DNA of 64,000 bases, taken from assembly GCA_046582655.1 (NCBI GenBank), contig JAYGDX010000346.1:32001-96000 (forward strand). The letters run 5' to 3'. The number at the start of each line of letters is the position of its first letter. The first letter of the stretch is position 1. The notes beneath the pieces are model-generated. The model worked only from the letters and a program-made list of their open reading frames with translations. It was not told where the DNA came from and searched no databases. Both the position numbers and the translations under genes were made by a program. This DNA is from Candidatus Poribacteria bacterium (GTDB taxonomy: Bacteria > Poribacteria > WGA-4E > UBA9662). This document shows positions 1-11,800 of this stretch, in pieces.

Positions 1-2
1 GC

Positions 3-1790
3 CCTTTTTTTGTTTTTGCGATTTTAATCCTGATCGGAAATTCCATCCTAAAAAAGATCCACCCATCAGCTGTTTTAACAGCATCGGAATTAGTTACCAT
101 TTGGTGTATTATGGCAGCAGCGTCTGGCATCCCCTCGACTGGAATGATGCGGCATGCGCTTCGCCCATTGGTAGCGTACCAATATTTCGCTACTCCGGAA
201 AACGACTGGTTAGCGCTCTTCCACCAATACATTCCAGACTGGCGGGTTGTTCGCGACGTTGATGCGATCAAATCTTTTTATGAAGGGATTTCGGAAGGTG
301 ATCAGATTCCTTGGGAAGCATGGATCATCCCGCTCGGTGTATGGACAATCTATGTATTGGTATTATACTTTGTAGTGATATGTCTGTCAGCACTTTTGCG
401 GAAACAATGGGTTGAAATCGAGCGCTGTACTTTTCCCTTAATCCAACTGCCGGTCGAAATGGCGTCCCATCCTTTTGGGTCCCAAAAATCATTTTTCAAA
501 AACAAAGCCCTGTGGATTGGGTTCAGCATTCCCGTTCTTATCCACACTGTGAACGGACTGCACGCCTTTTTTTCCTATTTTCCACAATTTCCTGTCAGAT
601 ATTGGCTTGACCCACATCTGATTGGTCGCCCTTGGAGTGCACTGAAACCGTTTCAAATCACACTTTTTTGGTCAATGGTAGGATTCAGTTATTTACTGGC
701 ACTTGAAGTTTCTTTCAGCCTGTGGTTTTTCTTTCTATTTTATAAGACCCAATGCTTGATTGGGTCGATGCTTGGGTTTCATATCGAAAAGGGCCCGGGG
801 GTTCAATGGACAGCCTATTCCTTCAGTGCATCTCAAGAGATTGGCGCCTGCGCAACTTTTATCATATACACTTTATGGAAATCCAAACATCACTTCAAAA
901 ACATACTTCAAAGTTTAATGGGTACAGATCCAAAATCGGATAACGAATCAGCATCCCTCCGGTGGGGAACCTGTGGTTTACTGGGAGGTGTATTGACCCT
1001 CGTTTTGCTTAACCATATAATGGGCATGTCTCTTGGGTTTTCCTTTATATTTGTTTTGGTCCTGTTAGGAATTTATATTGGGTTGACATGGCAGGTAATT
1101 CATGGTGGAATTCCCTTTGTTAACCCGTCGTATTCTGCCCACTATGTACTTTTCACCACTATGGGGTCGAAACGAATCACTCCTTCGACCATGACCTCTC
1201 TCTTTATGCACCCGGTATCTCTCACCCGTGACCTCCGTGAAATTATGATGCCCTATGTAATGAATGGGCTTAAAGCGGCGGATGAAGTCAAAGTTAAACG
1301 GCGAGGAATGTTACTTGGTATGGCGAGTGCTATGGTGATCGGCCTGATTGTATCTTGCTATTCAACCCTAAAGATTAGTTATCAGTACCGGGCACCCTAC
1401 ACGGGTGGGGCCGGTGACATGCGATGGTTGACCTCTGTACTGGTTGGGGTCGACAGCGGAACAGATTGGATCAATACCGGTTTTATGATCTTCGGTAGCC
1501 TATTTATGGTGTTGTTGATGTTGTTACGACGTTTCTTTCTCTGGTGGCCCCTACATCCGATCGGTTACACTATGCTGAGTTCTTGGGCTTCGTTCAAGCT
1601 TTGGTTCTCGATTTTATTGGGTTGGATGATGAAGTACGGTATTGTTAAATATGGCGGGCTGCGCATTTATCGTCAAGCGCGGCCCATCTTTCTTGGGTTG
1701 GTATTGGGTGAAATGATCTGCGCTGGAATTTGGGCTATCATCGGTATGGCTACAGGTGTCAGTACTGGGTATAGGATTCTATTAGACTAA
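3..1790 (+). CDS. Polytopic membrane protein, DUF6785/DUF6784-type (putative transporter); 5'-truncated by the window edge
   Basis: Frame is open from position 3 (PFFVFAILILIGNS...), upstream of the ORF-track ATG at 111. Many TM segments and motifs ATPENDW, RKQWVEIER..FPLIQLP, WWPLHPIG and FLGLVLGE are shared with paralogs at 49405 and 57893. Confidence 0.75.
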   Translation, partial: PFFVFAILILIGNSILKKIHPSAVLTASELVTIWCIMAAASGIPSTGMMRHALRPLVAYQYFATPENDWLALFHQYIPDWRVVRDVDAIKSFYEGISEGDQIPWEAWIIPLGVWTIYVLVLYFVVICLSALLRKQWVEIERCTFPLIQLPVEMASHPFGSQKSFFKNKALWIGFSIPVLIHTVNGLHAFFSYFPQFPVRYWLDPHLIGRPWSALKPFQITLFWSMVGFSYLLALEVSFSLWFFFLFYKTQCLIGSMLGFHIEKGPGVQWTAYSFSASQEIGACATFIIYTLWKSKHHFKNILQSLMGTDPKSDNESASLRWGTCGLLGGVLTLVLLNHIMGMSLGFSFIFVLVLLGIYIGLTWQVIHGGIPFVNPSYSAHYVLFTTMGSKRITPSTMTSLFMHPVSLTRDLREIMMPYVMNGLKAADEVKVKRRGMLLGMASAMVIGLIVSCYSTLKISYQYRAPYTGGAGDMRWLTSVLVGVDSGTDWINTGFMIFGSLFMVLLMLLRRFFLWWPLHPIGYTMLSSWASFKLWFSILLGWMMKYGIVKYGGLRIYRQARPIFLGLVLGEMICAGIWAIIGMATGVSTGYRILLD

Positions 1791-1850
1791 GTTGAGATAG
1801 GGAACTGTGAAAGTTGTTCCAGAACTGGTCTTCGGATTTCCCTTCTTATC

Positions 1851-3583
1851 TTATTGCGGTACTTCCTCAACCACGGTTATCTGTTGATTGACTGATATGT
1901 TTTCTAATCGTTGTACAGTACCACTTGGCCAATGTATCGTTAGAGACTCAATCTTTTGGTATTGTCCTATACCGAAGGCCAATCGTGGATCATGACTAGA
2001 CAGGTAGCCTGAACTTGACCGTGTTTCCTTTGTTAGGGATAGGTTACCCACTTGTAGTGTCACCTTTGCTCCAAAACCATTTCGGTTGCTTCGTACACCA
2101 ACAACTTTGATTTGTAGCCAGTTATTTGATTTTTCTCGATTAGATGCTTGATTGCGGTATAGCTTGATAGGTTGGTTTAGTTGGGTAACCAATAGATCGA
2201 CGTCCCCATCATTATCATAGTCGGCAAAGATCGATCCGCGACTGATTTCTTCTTCGGTTAAGAACTCTTTTTCTAATTCAGGCGACATCTGGACGAATTT
2301 TCCGCGGCCATCATTTTGAAACAGTTGGTTCCTCTGGCCATAGGTCAGCAGGTCGGACCTCAGATGGATATGTTCAGTTACGTGTCCATTGGCTACAAAT
2401 ATATCCAAATCACTATCATTATCGTAATCGAAAAATCCAGTGCCAAATCCGACGGGAAGGTACGTTAGATCTCCCAGATTAACCTCATAGATTGTGTCCG
2501 TGAAGGTACCGTCTCCATTGTTACGATACAGGTTGTTAGTTTCCTCAGAAAAATTGGTCACAAAAATGTCCATCAAACCGTCTCCGTTGTAGTCTCCAGC
2601 GTCAATGCCCATTCCCGCCTGCGCCAGTCCCTCACTGCTATAGGCACACCCAACCCACGCGGCGATTTCCGAAAAGGTGCCGTCTCCGTTGTTATAAAAA
2701 AGATAGTTTGGTGTGCCGTCGTTGGCAATGTATAGATCGGTGAATCCGTCATTATTAAAATCCGAGGCAATGACGCCCAAGCCTTTGCCTTGAAAAGGAC
2801 CGCCCTGATCATTATTCCAGCGGATTTGGTGACATCCGTGAAGGTACCGTCTCCATTATTCCGGTAAAGTTGATCTGGTGCACCTTCATAATATCTTAAG
2901 TTGCAATAGTCTTGGTAACCGAATTCGATGCATGGTTGATAAGTTTGGTCTAATCGATAATGGACATAGTTAACGACATATAAATCAAGATAGCTATCAA
3001 GATCATAGTCAAAGAAAGTTGCGCTGCTACTCCAAAGTGTGGATCCTATGCCTGATAATTCAGTTATGTCCGTGAAGGTACCATCCCCGTTGTTTTGATA
3101 AAGGTGGTTAGATCCCAAGCTGGTGATATATAGGTCTTGGTCATTGTCATTGTCGTAATCCGCAGCAACAACACCGTGATTGTAACCATCAAGCGTATCC
3201 AAATGTGATTGTTCCGTAACATCTGTAAAAGTGCCGTCCCCGTTGTTTCGATAGAGTGCACTCTTATCTGATGTATTCGCTGCTGTACCGTGGATTGGTC
3301 CACTGTTAACCAGGAACAGGTCAAGATTATCATCGTTATCATAATCGAAGAAGGCACCACCGGCACCCAGCGTTTCAGGAAGATGATACGCTCCATCGGC
3401 ACCATTGGTATGTGTGAAATCGATACCGACTGATTTTGTCATTTCGACAAAGTATGGTGAAATTGGATCAATGCCAATGTGAAAAATTAAAATGGAAAGG
3501 ATGATGCACGTCATAATAATGTATGGGGAAAAGATTAAAATGGTCAGCCAATACGCATCAGGCAAAGCTGGTGAAATTTTCAA
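1851..3583 (-). pseudogene. CRTAC1-like FG-GAP repeat / ASPIC-UnbV protein split by a 1-nt frameshift near 2812
   Basis: ORFs 2573..3583 and 1851..2780 both carry DYDNDGD/NNGDGTFTD repeats, with a C-terminal ASPIC (SSGYLSSHDPRLAFGIG..WPSG). One extra A at ~2812 joins them as GINDQGGPFQGKGLGV. Confidence 0.8.
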
Positions 3584-3653
3584 TACTATTGTTGGGAGGA
3601 AAGCTGCTGGTAAATTCGGTATTCGGACTCCGCTTTGTGTGTGTGTCCAGATA

Positions 3654-4562
3654 CTATGTTGAAGGTTTGATCCTTTCTCTCACGCCTGGATAACCTTTTC
3701 TTCGTTTGAGCATCCGCTCCATATCCACACGTTGTTCCTCGGTGGCGGTGTCAGTATCATAAAATATCGAGGTATCATATATGAAATCAAATTCTTGATT
3801 CCGTCCATGTCCTGCTTCCAGTGCCCGATCACAAACCTGTTGGTGCAACCATATTTTGGGTAAGGGAAAACCATAAGCTGGCCATTTTTGTGGTCCGACT
3901 TGGCAATATGAGACATCGGTGAAATAGCGTGGACGATCAGCACTACCTGATTTGGCCCGTCGGGCGTGTAGAAGTGCGGAGTGTACAATGACCACTGATC
4001 CAGACGGCAGATCGTCCAGCGTTAGCGATCCCGGGAGATCCTCAGTGTAGAATTTGTTGCTGAATGCGTTCCGGAGCATTACGCTCTGGTGAGATCTTGG
4101 AAGTATCAGCAAGTCACCAATTTCACCATTCAGTCCAGTAGGGTAATAGAAACAGTGAACCATTAGTTGCTCGCGGTCTGTCTGCGGAAACTGCTCGTAA
4201 TCGTGATGCCAGTTTGAAGCCGTAGTTCCCTCCTCATGACGATTGGCATGCTGATGGTGAAAGGCAAAACCATCAGCACCCATCAGTGACCGGATCTTAG
4301 CCACCATCGGCGGGTAGGAAGTCAATGCACCCAAGTCTGGGAACGAAATAATTCTGGCAGTTCCATTGGCATCGCTGTTGCGATCGGCGTATCCACCTGT
4401 CCTCTGTTCTATTAATTGGTCGATGTCACGCGTGATTCGAGCGCAGTACTTTGCTGAGAGAAAGTTTGGGAAGATGAGATATCCCTGATTTTCAAAGAGA
4501 TCGATCTCAACGTTGGAAAGCCCCGTGATTTCCAACGTATCTATTTCCGAAGTCTTCTTCAT
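3654..4562 (-). CDS. Phytanoyl-CoA dioxygenase (PhyH) family Fe(II)/2OG dioxygenase
   Basis: FENQGYLIFPNFLS N-terminus, WHHD (HxD) motif, distal HSALLH. Confidence 0.8.
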   Translation of the reverse strand: MKKTSEIDTLEITGLSNVEIDLFENQGYLIFPNFLSAKYCARITRDIDQLIEQRTGGYADRNSDANGTARIISFPDLGALTSYPPMVAKIRSLMGADGFAFHHQHANRHEEGTTASNWHHDYEQFPQTDREQLMVHCFYYPTGLNGEIGDLLILPRSHQSVMLRNAFSNKFYTEDLPGSLTLDDLPSGSVVIVHSALLHARRAKSGSADRPRYFTDVSYCQVGPQKWPAYGFPLPKIWLHQQVCDRALEAGHGRNQEFDFIYDTSIFYDTDTATEEQRVDMERMLKRRKGYPGVRERIKPST

Positions 4563-4642
4563 ATCGTTTCTCCCAATCAGTTTCGTATCTAAGTAATATT
4601 GCTTCTTTTCCCATCAATTACACGGTGATTTGTTTACCTCAC

Positions 4643-5407
4643 CTAAATTATTGGCATTACGTTCCCTCCACAAACTGGGATGTATACTCCGGTAATGTAG
4701 CTCGCGAGATCTGAAGCTAAAAAAGCGACAATATTCGCAATTTCCTGGTCTGTACCACGTCGATTCAAGGGAACTTTGGATTCATAATCTTCCTGCCTTT
4801 TCAGACCCGATTGTCGATCCTTGTCGCTAATTGTCCAACCGGGTGCAACCTGATTTACCGTTATTTGATGTTCTCCAACCTCTTTAGCAAGCACACGTAA
4901 AACTCCATCCATACCGCGTTTACCCGATACGTATGCTGATTGACCTTTAAAGGTTTGCATGGCGCATTCCGTGTTGATGCCGATTACACGTCCATAGTTT
5001 GCTTTGATCATTGCAGGTATAAACGCCTTGGCCATTAGTACATTCTGTAGTACACATGACTGAAACTGACTCTCGTAATCCTCAACTTCTTGATTCAGTA
5101 CATTTGTCCAATTGTACTGAATTACCGCGTTATTGACAATGATATGTGGATCTCCAAGAGTTGCGGAGATTTTGTCTTGCATGGTGAATACTTCATCCTG
5201 AATTGTCACGTTGGCTTGAACAAGTGCGGTTCGTCTGCCCATTGCCTCAACTTCCTTGGCGAGTTTACTCGCCTTTTCTTGATTTCGAAAATAGTGAATG
5301 GCAACGTCCGCACCACAACTCGCTAGCGTTCGCACCATTACGCGACCAAGTTCACCACTCGCCCCCGTAACAACAGCCATTTTTCCTAGTAGGTTAATCT
5401 GTAACAT
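4643..5407 (-). CDS. SDR family NAD(P)-dependent oxidoreductase (FabG-like)
   Basis: TGASGELG, NNA, YxxxK (YVSGK), VAPG motifs. Confidence 0.9.
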   Translation of the reverse strand: MLQINLLGKMAVVTGASGELGRVMVRTLASCGADVAIHYFRNQEKASKLAKEVEAMGRRTALVQANVTIQDEVFTMQDKISATLGDPHIIVNNAVIQYNWTNVLNQEVEDYESQFQSCVLQNVLMAKAFIPAMIKANYGRVIGINTECAMQTFKGQSAYVSGKRGMDGVLRVLAKEVGEHQITVNQVAPGWTISDKDRQSGLKRQEDYESKVPLNRRGTDQEIANIVAFLASDLASYITGVYIPVCGGNVMPII

Positions 5408-5431
5408 CTATTCCTTTCCTAAATTTTGAAA

Positions 5432-6016
5432 TTAGTTCTTTAAAACCTCTTTGGTGACTGATGCTTCAATCAGGGATCTGGCATAATCCCATAAAACGGT
5501 AGATCCATCTCTAATAGGCAGACACCTTTTGATTACTTGTGATTTTGAAATATGATTCACTTTCCAAGTATGTCCCTCTGTTTCTACATTCTGAATTAGC
5601 GGCATAAGCCTATCAACTGCGTTAGCAAATTTTGATTCAGGTGTTTCCCTTGCTTCAAACTCTCTCCATAATTGGTGATAAATACGGCGCTGATCTGGTG
5701 GCAAGAGGCTAAAGATTCGATCTGCTGCTTTTTCTTCTCGCTCTGCTTTGGTTTCGTTTTCTGCCGAATCATAACAGTAAGTATCTCCCGCATCAATCTC
5801 CACCAAATCGTGGATCAAAAGCATCCAGATCGTCTTGGGGATATCGACTTCATTGTTGGTATGTTCAGCTAGCGTCATTATCATCAGTGCCAGGTGCCAA
5901 CTATGTTCCGCTGTGTTTTCGAATCGACTGCCGTCACAAATATAGTTCCTCCGAACGATATTTTTGAGTTTGTCAGCTTCCTTGATGAAAGAGATCTGTT
6001 GTTCAAACCGTGTCAT
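5432..6016 (-). CDS. HD domain hydrolase (HDDC2/YfbR-like)
   Basis: ENTAEHSW, IHDLVEIDAGD, DRLMP. Likely start is the ATG at 6016 (MTRFEQQ), not the ORF-track start. Confidence 0.85.
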   Translation of the reverse strand: MTRFEQQISFIKEADKLKNIVRRNYICDGSRFENTAEHSWHLALMIMTLAEHTNNEVDIPKTIWMLLIHDLVEIDAGDTYCYDSAENETKAEREEKAADRIFSLLPPDQRRIYHQLWREFEARETPESKFANAVDRLMPLIQNVETEGHTWKVNHISKSQVIKRCLPIRDGSTVLWDYARSLIEASVTKEVLKN

Positions 6017-6564
6017 AGCTTTTAATCCCAATAGTTTTATTCTTATTCTTATTATTGTGTTTCCGTAATTCACCTGTCTGAACCGCGCAGTAGTAAGCAC
6101 AGTTAGCTAAACTATCTACTATTTGGGTTACCCATACATTGTGATAGTGTCCATCAGATAGTTTGGATATCCCATCCAGATCGCGATCATAGATGGTCTC
6201 AAGGATCTCACAATCTCCGCTGAACTGAACCATCTATGATTATGTGATTTTATTCACTTGTCATAATTCTCTTCTTAAGAGCGAATTGATCGCCTTTATG
6301 AATTGATTCTAAATGTCTATTATCAATAGAAGTAACTCCTTAGTCAACTAGAAACAAGCGGTGTTTATCGCAATAGTTACAAGTTTAATTCTGATTATCT
6401 TATCCATACTCTCCAGAAAAAATGTAGTAAGGCCTGGCTTATAAATATTGGGAAATCAGGTAGATTGACGTGCGGTCCTATCGATGACCGTCAGGTCGGT
6501 TTACTAATACTATTAATTACCGTAATTTGACTACCTCAAGTTAAAACAGGGGCAGAGAAGGTCA

Positions 6565-7141
6565 CTATGAGAAAGTAATGGTTTTATCCACTTGAAATAT
6601 ATCGTTGGGAGGGGCGTTTCGCCAGATGAGTTGAACTTCGGAGACAGAGAAGGTCAGTGGTTTCCATTCCTGTTGGAACTGACAGAGTAAATAATCTAGC
6701 TCTGATTTCCCTGTTGCTTGACCAACGGAAAGATGGGGTGTAAATCCGTTTTTGAATCGGCGAGTATCGTTGCAGTCGGGGACAGTTTGCCACAATTCGG
6801 TCTGTAGGTCCACAATGGGGTTGGGTCTGCATAAAATCCCCGTCTGACGCGCCAGACGGGGATTTAGGGTCTAACCAAATTGTATATCGCGACCGATGGT
6901 GGGAGAAATATCCGAATGGCTTCAGACAAACCGAGAATGGGGACTGTGTCTGGCAGATAGCAGCTAATTGATCCGCCACTACTTCAAACTCAGATCTGGG
7001 GCGAAAGGGATATATCAAGGTGATATGCGGCATCCATCGACGATAATTAGCGTCATGTTGTCGACGAATCGACTGAATCGACGTCCAGATTTCTTTGGGT
7101 GGAATAATAACAACAGCGGTTTGATAGGTTTTGTGGTGCAT
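6565..7141 (-). pseudogene. 2H phosphoesterase / 2'-5' RNA ligase family protein, frameshifted at the G4/C4 run 6817-6820
   Basis: First motif PHITL is in ORF 6584..7141 and second motif PHLSV in ORF 6565..6813. Removing one base joins them (QPIVDLQTELW). Confidence 0.75.
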
Positions 7142-7348
7142 TTTTGTCTTTAATACAGTTGATTAAAAGATGAAATTCTAGCAAACACTTTTTAAATTGA
7201 TCGGGATTTTGGATACTATCGTCCTCTGTAAGAGGCCTTGACGTTTTATTTTAGTATTAACAAATATTTAGGTAGTAACCAATGACAAATCTACAATACA
7301 GCAAAACGCTATCTTAAACTAACCTGTTTTTAAGATGTATTATTGGCT

Positions 7349-7765
7349 CTATTCTGTTGATTTGGTGTCAATCTTAGGTTCAAATACGAGTTCCTTCTCG
7401 ATGAGAATGGGATTCAATATATCCCGCCAGATGGTGTAGTTTTCTTTGTTTATATGCAGATTGTCATTTTTAAATATATCCCTTCTTAACTTCCCCTTTA
7501 GGATCCAGCATGGAGGTCGCTACATCTACATACGTAAGTTGCTTGTTTTCTGCACACTCCTTTGTTATGAGAGCATTCGTTTCTTTCACGAGTGGCCATA
7601 ATTTCCATCTCTTGGGATTGGGTGTGATAGGCAGGAATAGATTCTTGATTCCGATAACTGCTATGCACCCTACTAACAGAAGCAAGGAATGTCGTCTTTT
7701 GAACTGCCGATGACTACGATAGCATTAGATGGTGGTGGAGTCTCCTCGTCTTCTTTATCAAAAGT
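7349..7765 (-). pseudogene. GDSL/SGNH hydrolase remnant
   Basis: Fragments DKEDEETPPPSNAIVVIGSS (block I), PKRWKLWPLVKETNALI..YVDVATSML and KNDNLHINKENYTIW (DxxH block) lie in different frames with the middle of the protein missing. Confidence 0.6.
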
Positions 7766-7983
7766 TCGGACTTAGAGTATGCGCGCCAACCTTATTTCTA
7801 ATGTAACTTGCTTCAGGATGTATGAGAGTAAAGTAAGTTTCCATGTTAGAAGACTCCCATGAATGCATGGCATGATTGAATGCTTTCTTCAATGAATCGA
7901 GATCAGTACTTTTCCTTTCATGATGTGATGCAGTAATCGTCATAGCAACAACTGTCCATGGATCTGTAAACTACGCTTTTCAT
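7758..7983 (-). pseudogene. Short remnant of a possibly NTF2/SnoaL-like secreted protein
   Basis: Good SD (AGGAG) before ATG at 7983 but the frame closes early. The downstream fragment 7758..7943 resembles an NTF2-fold N-terminal helix. Confidence 0.3.
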
Positions 7984-8068
7984 GATTAGTGTTTCTCCTA
8001 TTGTATGAGTCAAATGCGAATTCTCACCTTGCAAAGCTGAATCAGCCTATGGTTATTACTAACATTAG

Positions 8069-8473
8069 TCAAACCATATCTGGTGGTGGCTTAGGTTCGT
8101 TATGTCGATTAACCTGACTACCTTCTACATTTGTTCCCAGCATAATTATGTCACAGTGCTGATCTCCGAAGTTTCGGAAAATGTGGTAGTCTCCCGGTGG
8201 TTTGTAGATTGAATCCCCCGACTCAATTAGATACCATTCTCCTTCGATATTGATATGACAACTACCTGAAAGTACAAAGAACCACTCCTCTTCTTTGGTA
8301 TGCATATGGTATTTGGTATTGGTGCCTTTAGGAGGGATACGGGTAATCCGAACTTCAATCTGATTCATTCCGTGCGCCTGCCACAGAGGCTTAAACTCTC
8401 CGTACTGTGATTCTTCATGGGGAAAGAACTTCGGTTGCCAAGGCATCTCTGCTGATTTAATGATGTATTTCAC
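8069..8473 (-). CDS. Cupin domain protein
   Basis: HMHTKEEEWFFVLSG...GDSIYKPPGDYH cupin motifs; SD AGGAGG upstream. Confidence 0.9.
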   Translation of the reverse strand: MKYIIKSAEMPWQPKFFPHEESQYGEFKPLWQAHGMNQIEVRITRIPPKGTNTKYHMHTKEEEWFFVLSGSCHINIEGEWYLIESGDSIYKPPGDYHIFRNFGDQHCDIIMLGTNVEGSQVNRHNEPKPPPDMV

Positions 8474-8803
8474 TATTCAATTCCTCCTATACTAGATAAG
8501 AACTCCGTTAGTAAAAAATAATCCCACTTTAACTAAAGTGGCTGTCTTTGCATTCATGCTTACTTTAAAGTAGCATATCCTGATGCTACAGATCCATAGT
8601 CAATTCTTAGTGCATAATTTTAAGCTAGAGTCATTCTGTACCAAGAGATTTTGCTTGATCGGTGTTTCAAGATATAGTAAATTAGGCTTAGATTCATTTC
8701 AAAAGTGAGGTCATGAGTTTGGAAATATTGAATGTTAACTAACTACCTCAACTTCGAACTCTAACTCAGCGATTGCCAAAAAACAGATCAAAAAAGTACT
8801 GAT

Positions 8804-11800
8804 ATGAAAAAACTGCGTATTGCCCTTTGTGCTTTGTTGACAGTAACGAACTTGTTGTACCTCAGTGGAAAAGAGGTATTGGCCTTGACCGTTTCGGTAG
8901 ATGAAAGTGAGTCAGTGCAATTCAATCGTCATATCCGCCCGATTCTGTCAGAAAATTGTTTTGCCTGTCATGGACCTGACAAGGCCAAGCGGAAATCTGG
9001 ATTGCGGCTGGATGTGCATAGTGGAGCAACTCGGGATTTGGGTGGATATGCGGCTATTGTTCCGGGGGATTCAGAGGCAAGCGCATTGATATACCGGTTA
9101 ACGACTGATCAGGAAAACGAGCGAATGCCACCGGTAGGAAAGGAGAAACCATTAAGTCCTCAACAGGTTGAACTTCTGCGGCGATGGATAGATCAGGGTG
9201 CGCATTATGCTGTGCATTGGTCATATGTTAAACCGGACCGCCCATCTTTACCTGCAGTCCAGAATGCGGATTGGGTTCGCAACCCCATAGATTATTTTGT
9301 CTTGGCACGCCTTGAACAAGAAGGAATGGTTCCATCGTCAGAAGCCGACCGCTGGGCATTGGCGCGACGCGTGGCAATTGACTTGACAGGGTTACCCCCG
9401 ACGGTCGAGGAGGCAATTCGGTTTGTGCACGATACCGAAAAGGAAGCCTATCAGCGATACGTGGATTTGCAACTTGAAAAAAAGACATTTGGTGAACGTT
9501 GGGCGCAAGTGTGGTTAGATCTCGCACGTTACGCGGATTCAGCAGGTTACGCCGACGATCCGCCCAGAACAATCTGGGCTTATCGAGATTATGTCATTCG
9601 TTCGCTGAACAGCAACAAACCATTTGACCAGTTCACCATTGAGCAAATTGCTGGAGATCTCCTCGATAATCCGACAGAAGAACAACTGGTTGGCACCGCT
9701 TTTCATCGTAATACCCAGACTAACAATGAGGGAGGAACAAACGATGAGGAATTCCGAAATGAAGCCGTTGTCGATCGGGTCAATACCACCATGGCGGTCT
9801 GGATGGGGACTACCATGGCTTGTGCGCAATGCCACTCACACAAATATGATCCTATCTCACAGGAAGAATATTTCAAATTCTCCGCTTTTTTCAACAATAC
9901 TCAGGATAGTGACAAGAAGGACGAGCACCCGATTCTTGAGATTTTTACTGAGGAACAAAAACGTGAACGTGCCAGATGGATAGCGGAAATTGATCAATTA
10001 GAGGCAGTTTTGGACACACCGACCAAAGCGTTAGCAAAATCCCAACGTCAGTGGGAGAAACTCTTGCAAGAGCAGCCAAAGTGGCACACCATGAAGCCGA
10101 TGGACGCTATGTCGAGTCGAATTCGATTGGACATCAAGCCAGATGATTCGATTGTGGCTGAGGGTGATCTTCCAGAGCAAGATACCTATACCATTACGCT
10201 AGAACCTACCATCGAAAAGATCACTGCATTGCGACTGGAGGTATCACCACAGTCACAGAACTTTGTGTTGTCACAGGTGCAATCGATTTGGCAACCCGAC
10301 ATAGAGAAACCAGTCGAGGCAAAGTACGTTCGGATCGAATTACCTGGTAAAGGAAAGATTCTATCATTAGCGGAAGTGCAGGTCTTCCAGAATGACGTTA
10401 ACGTGGCATTAAAAGGGAAAGCGGTTCAGAGTTCAACGGATTACGAAGGTGTACCCGAACGAGCCATAGATGGAAATACTGATGGTGACTATGGGGAGGC
10501 GGAATCTACCACGCACACTCGGCAGTCTAAAGATCCATGGTGGGAGTTGGATCTAGGTGAGATGAGGCCCGTTCGCTCGTTGGCCATCTGGAATCGTACC
10601 GATGGGGAACAAGGAATAGCCAACCGTTTAGCTGGTTTCCGCCTGCTTTTGTTGGATCAGAACAGGGATACGGTCTGGCAGCAAACCCCGTCACAGGTAC
10701 CAGCTCCGAACGCGGTTTATTTGTCTAATGGTCAAGTACAATTGCAATTTACCTCTGCCTTTGCTGATTATGCTCAGGAGGGATTTCCATCAGCGTCAGT
10801 ATTGGCCGGCGTACCAAATCCAAAAACGGGTTGGGCAGTTGGAGGACAGTTGAATCAGCCTCACCAACTCACGCTGGTGTTGTTGAGGTCGGTGAAGACC
10901 GGTCAAGGAAAAATTCTGTTAAGACTGCTCCAGAAATCACAGCATAAGCACTTGCTGATCAAAAACTTTAGATTGCTAGGTACAGGTGCCGAGTCAGTGA
11001 CGGAATTTATACGGATGCCCGACGCAATTCGGAAAATAGTCGGTTTGTCAGATCAAGTACGAACTGACGCTCAGAAGAAACAGTTAGCGGGTTATTACCG
11101 AACCATCGCGCCGGAATTAAAAACACAACAGAACCGGTTGGCAGTATTAGAGCATCAAGTCAAGGAGCTGGCCCCCTATACGACTGTGCCAATCATGCGT
11201 GAGTTAGTTGACGAAAAACGTCGCGAAACCCGAATCCAGTTTCGGGGGAATTTCTTAAACACGGGTGCTCATGTGACTGAAGGGGTGCCCGCGGTATTCC
11301 ATTTATTAGCGGAAGGTGTACCCGTTAGTAGACTTGGATTGGCAAAGTGGTTGGTAAGCAGAGAGAATCCACTAACGGCGAGGGTGATTGTCAACCGGCA
11401 TTGGGAACAGTTGTTCGGTTTTGGAATAATAAGCACCAGTGAAGAGTTTGGTGTGCAAGGGGAACTACCAACGCATCCGGAACTGATGGATTGGCTGGCA
11501 GTCGAACTGATGGATAATAGGTGGGATATCAAACATTTGATTAAGCTAATTGTGACATCGGCTACTTATAGGCAGGCTTCCAAGATCACTCCGGAAGCAC
11601 TGGAACATGATCCGGATAACCACCTGTTTGCCAGAGGACCACGTTTTCGTCTATCAGCGGAGATGGTTCGTGATCAAGCACTGTTCGTTAGTGGTTTGCT
11701 CAGTCAAAAGATGTATGGTCCACCGGTAAAACCTCCGCAACCAAAATTGGGGATAAACGCCGCCTTTGGCAGTGGTATCGACTGGGAAGCCAGCGCAGGC

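Noticed and set aside
2498..3250. Repeated CCGTGAAGGTACC-type DNA motifs
   Set aside because: They encode the NNGDGTFTD FG-GAP repeats of the ASPIC/UnbV protein.
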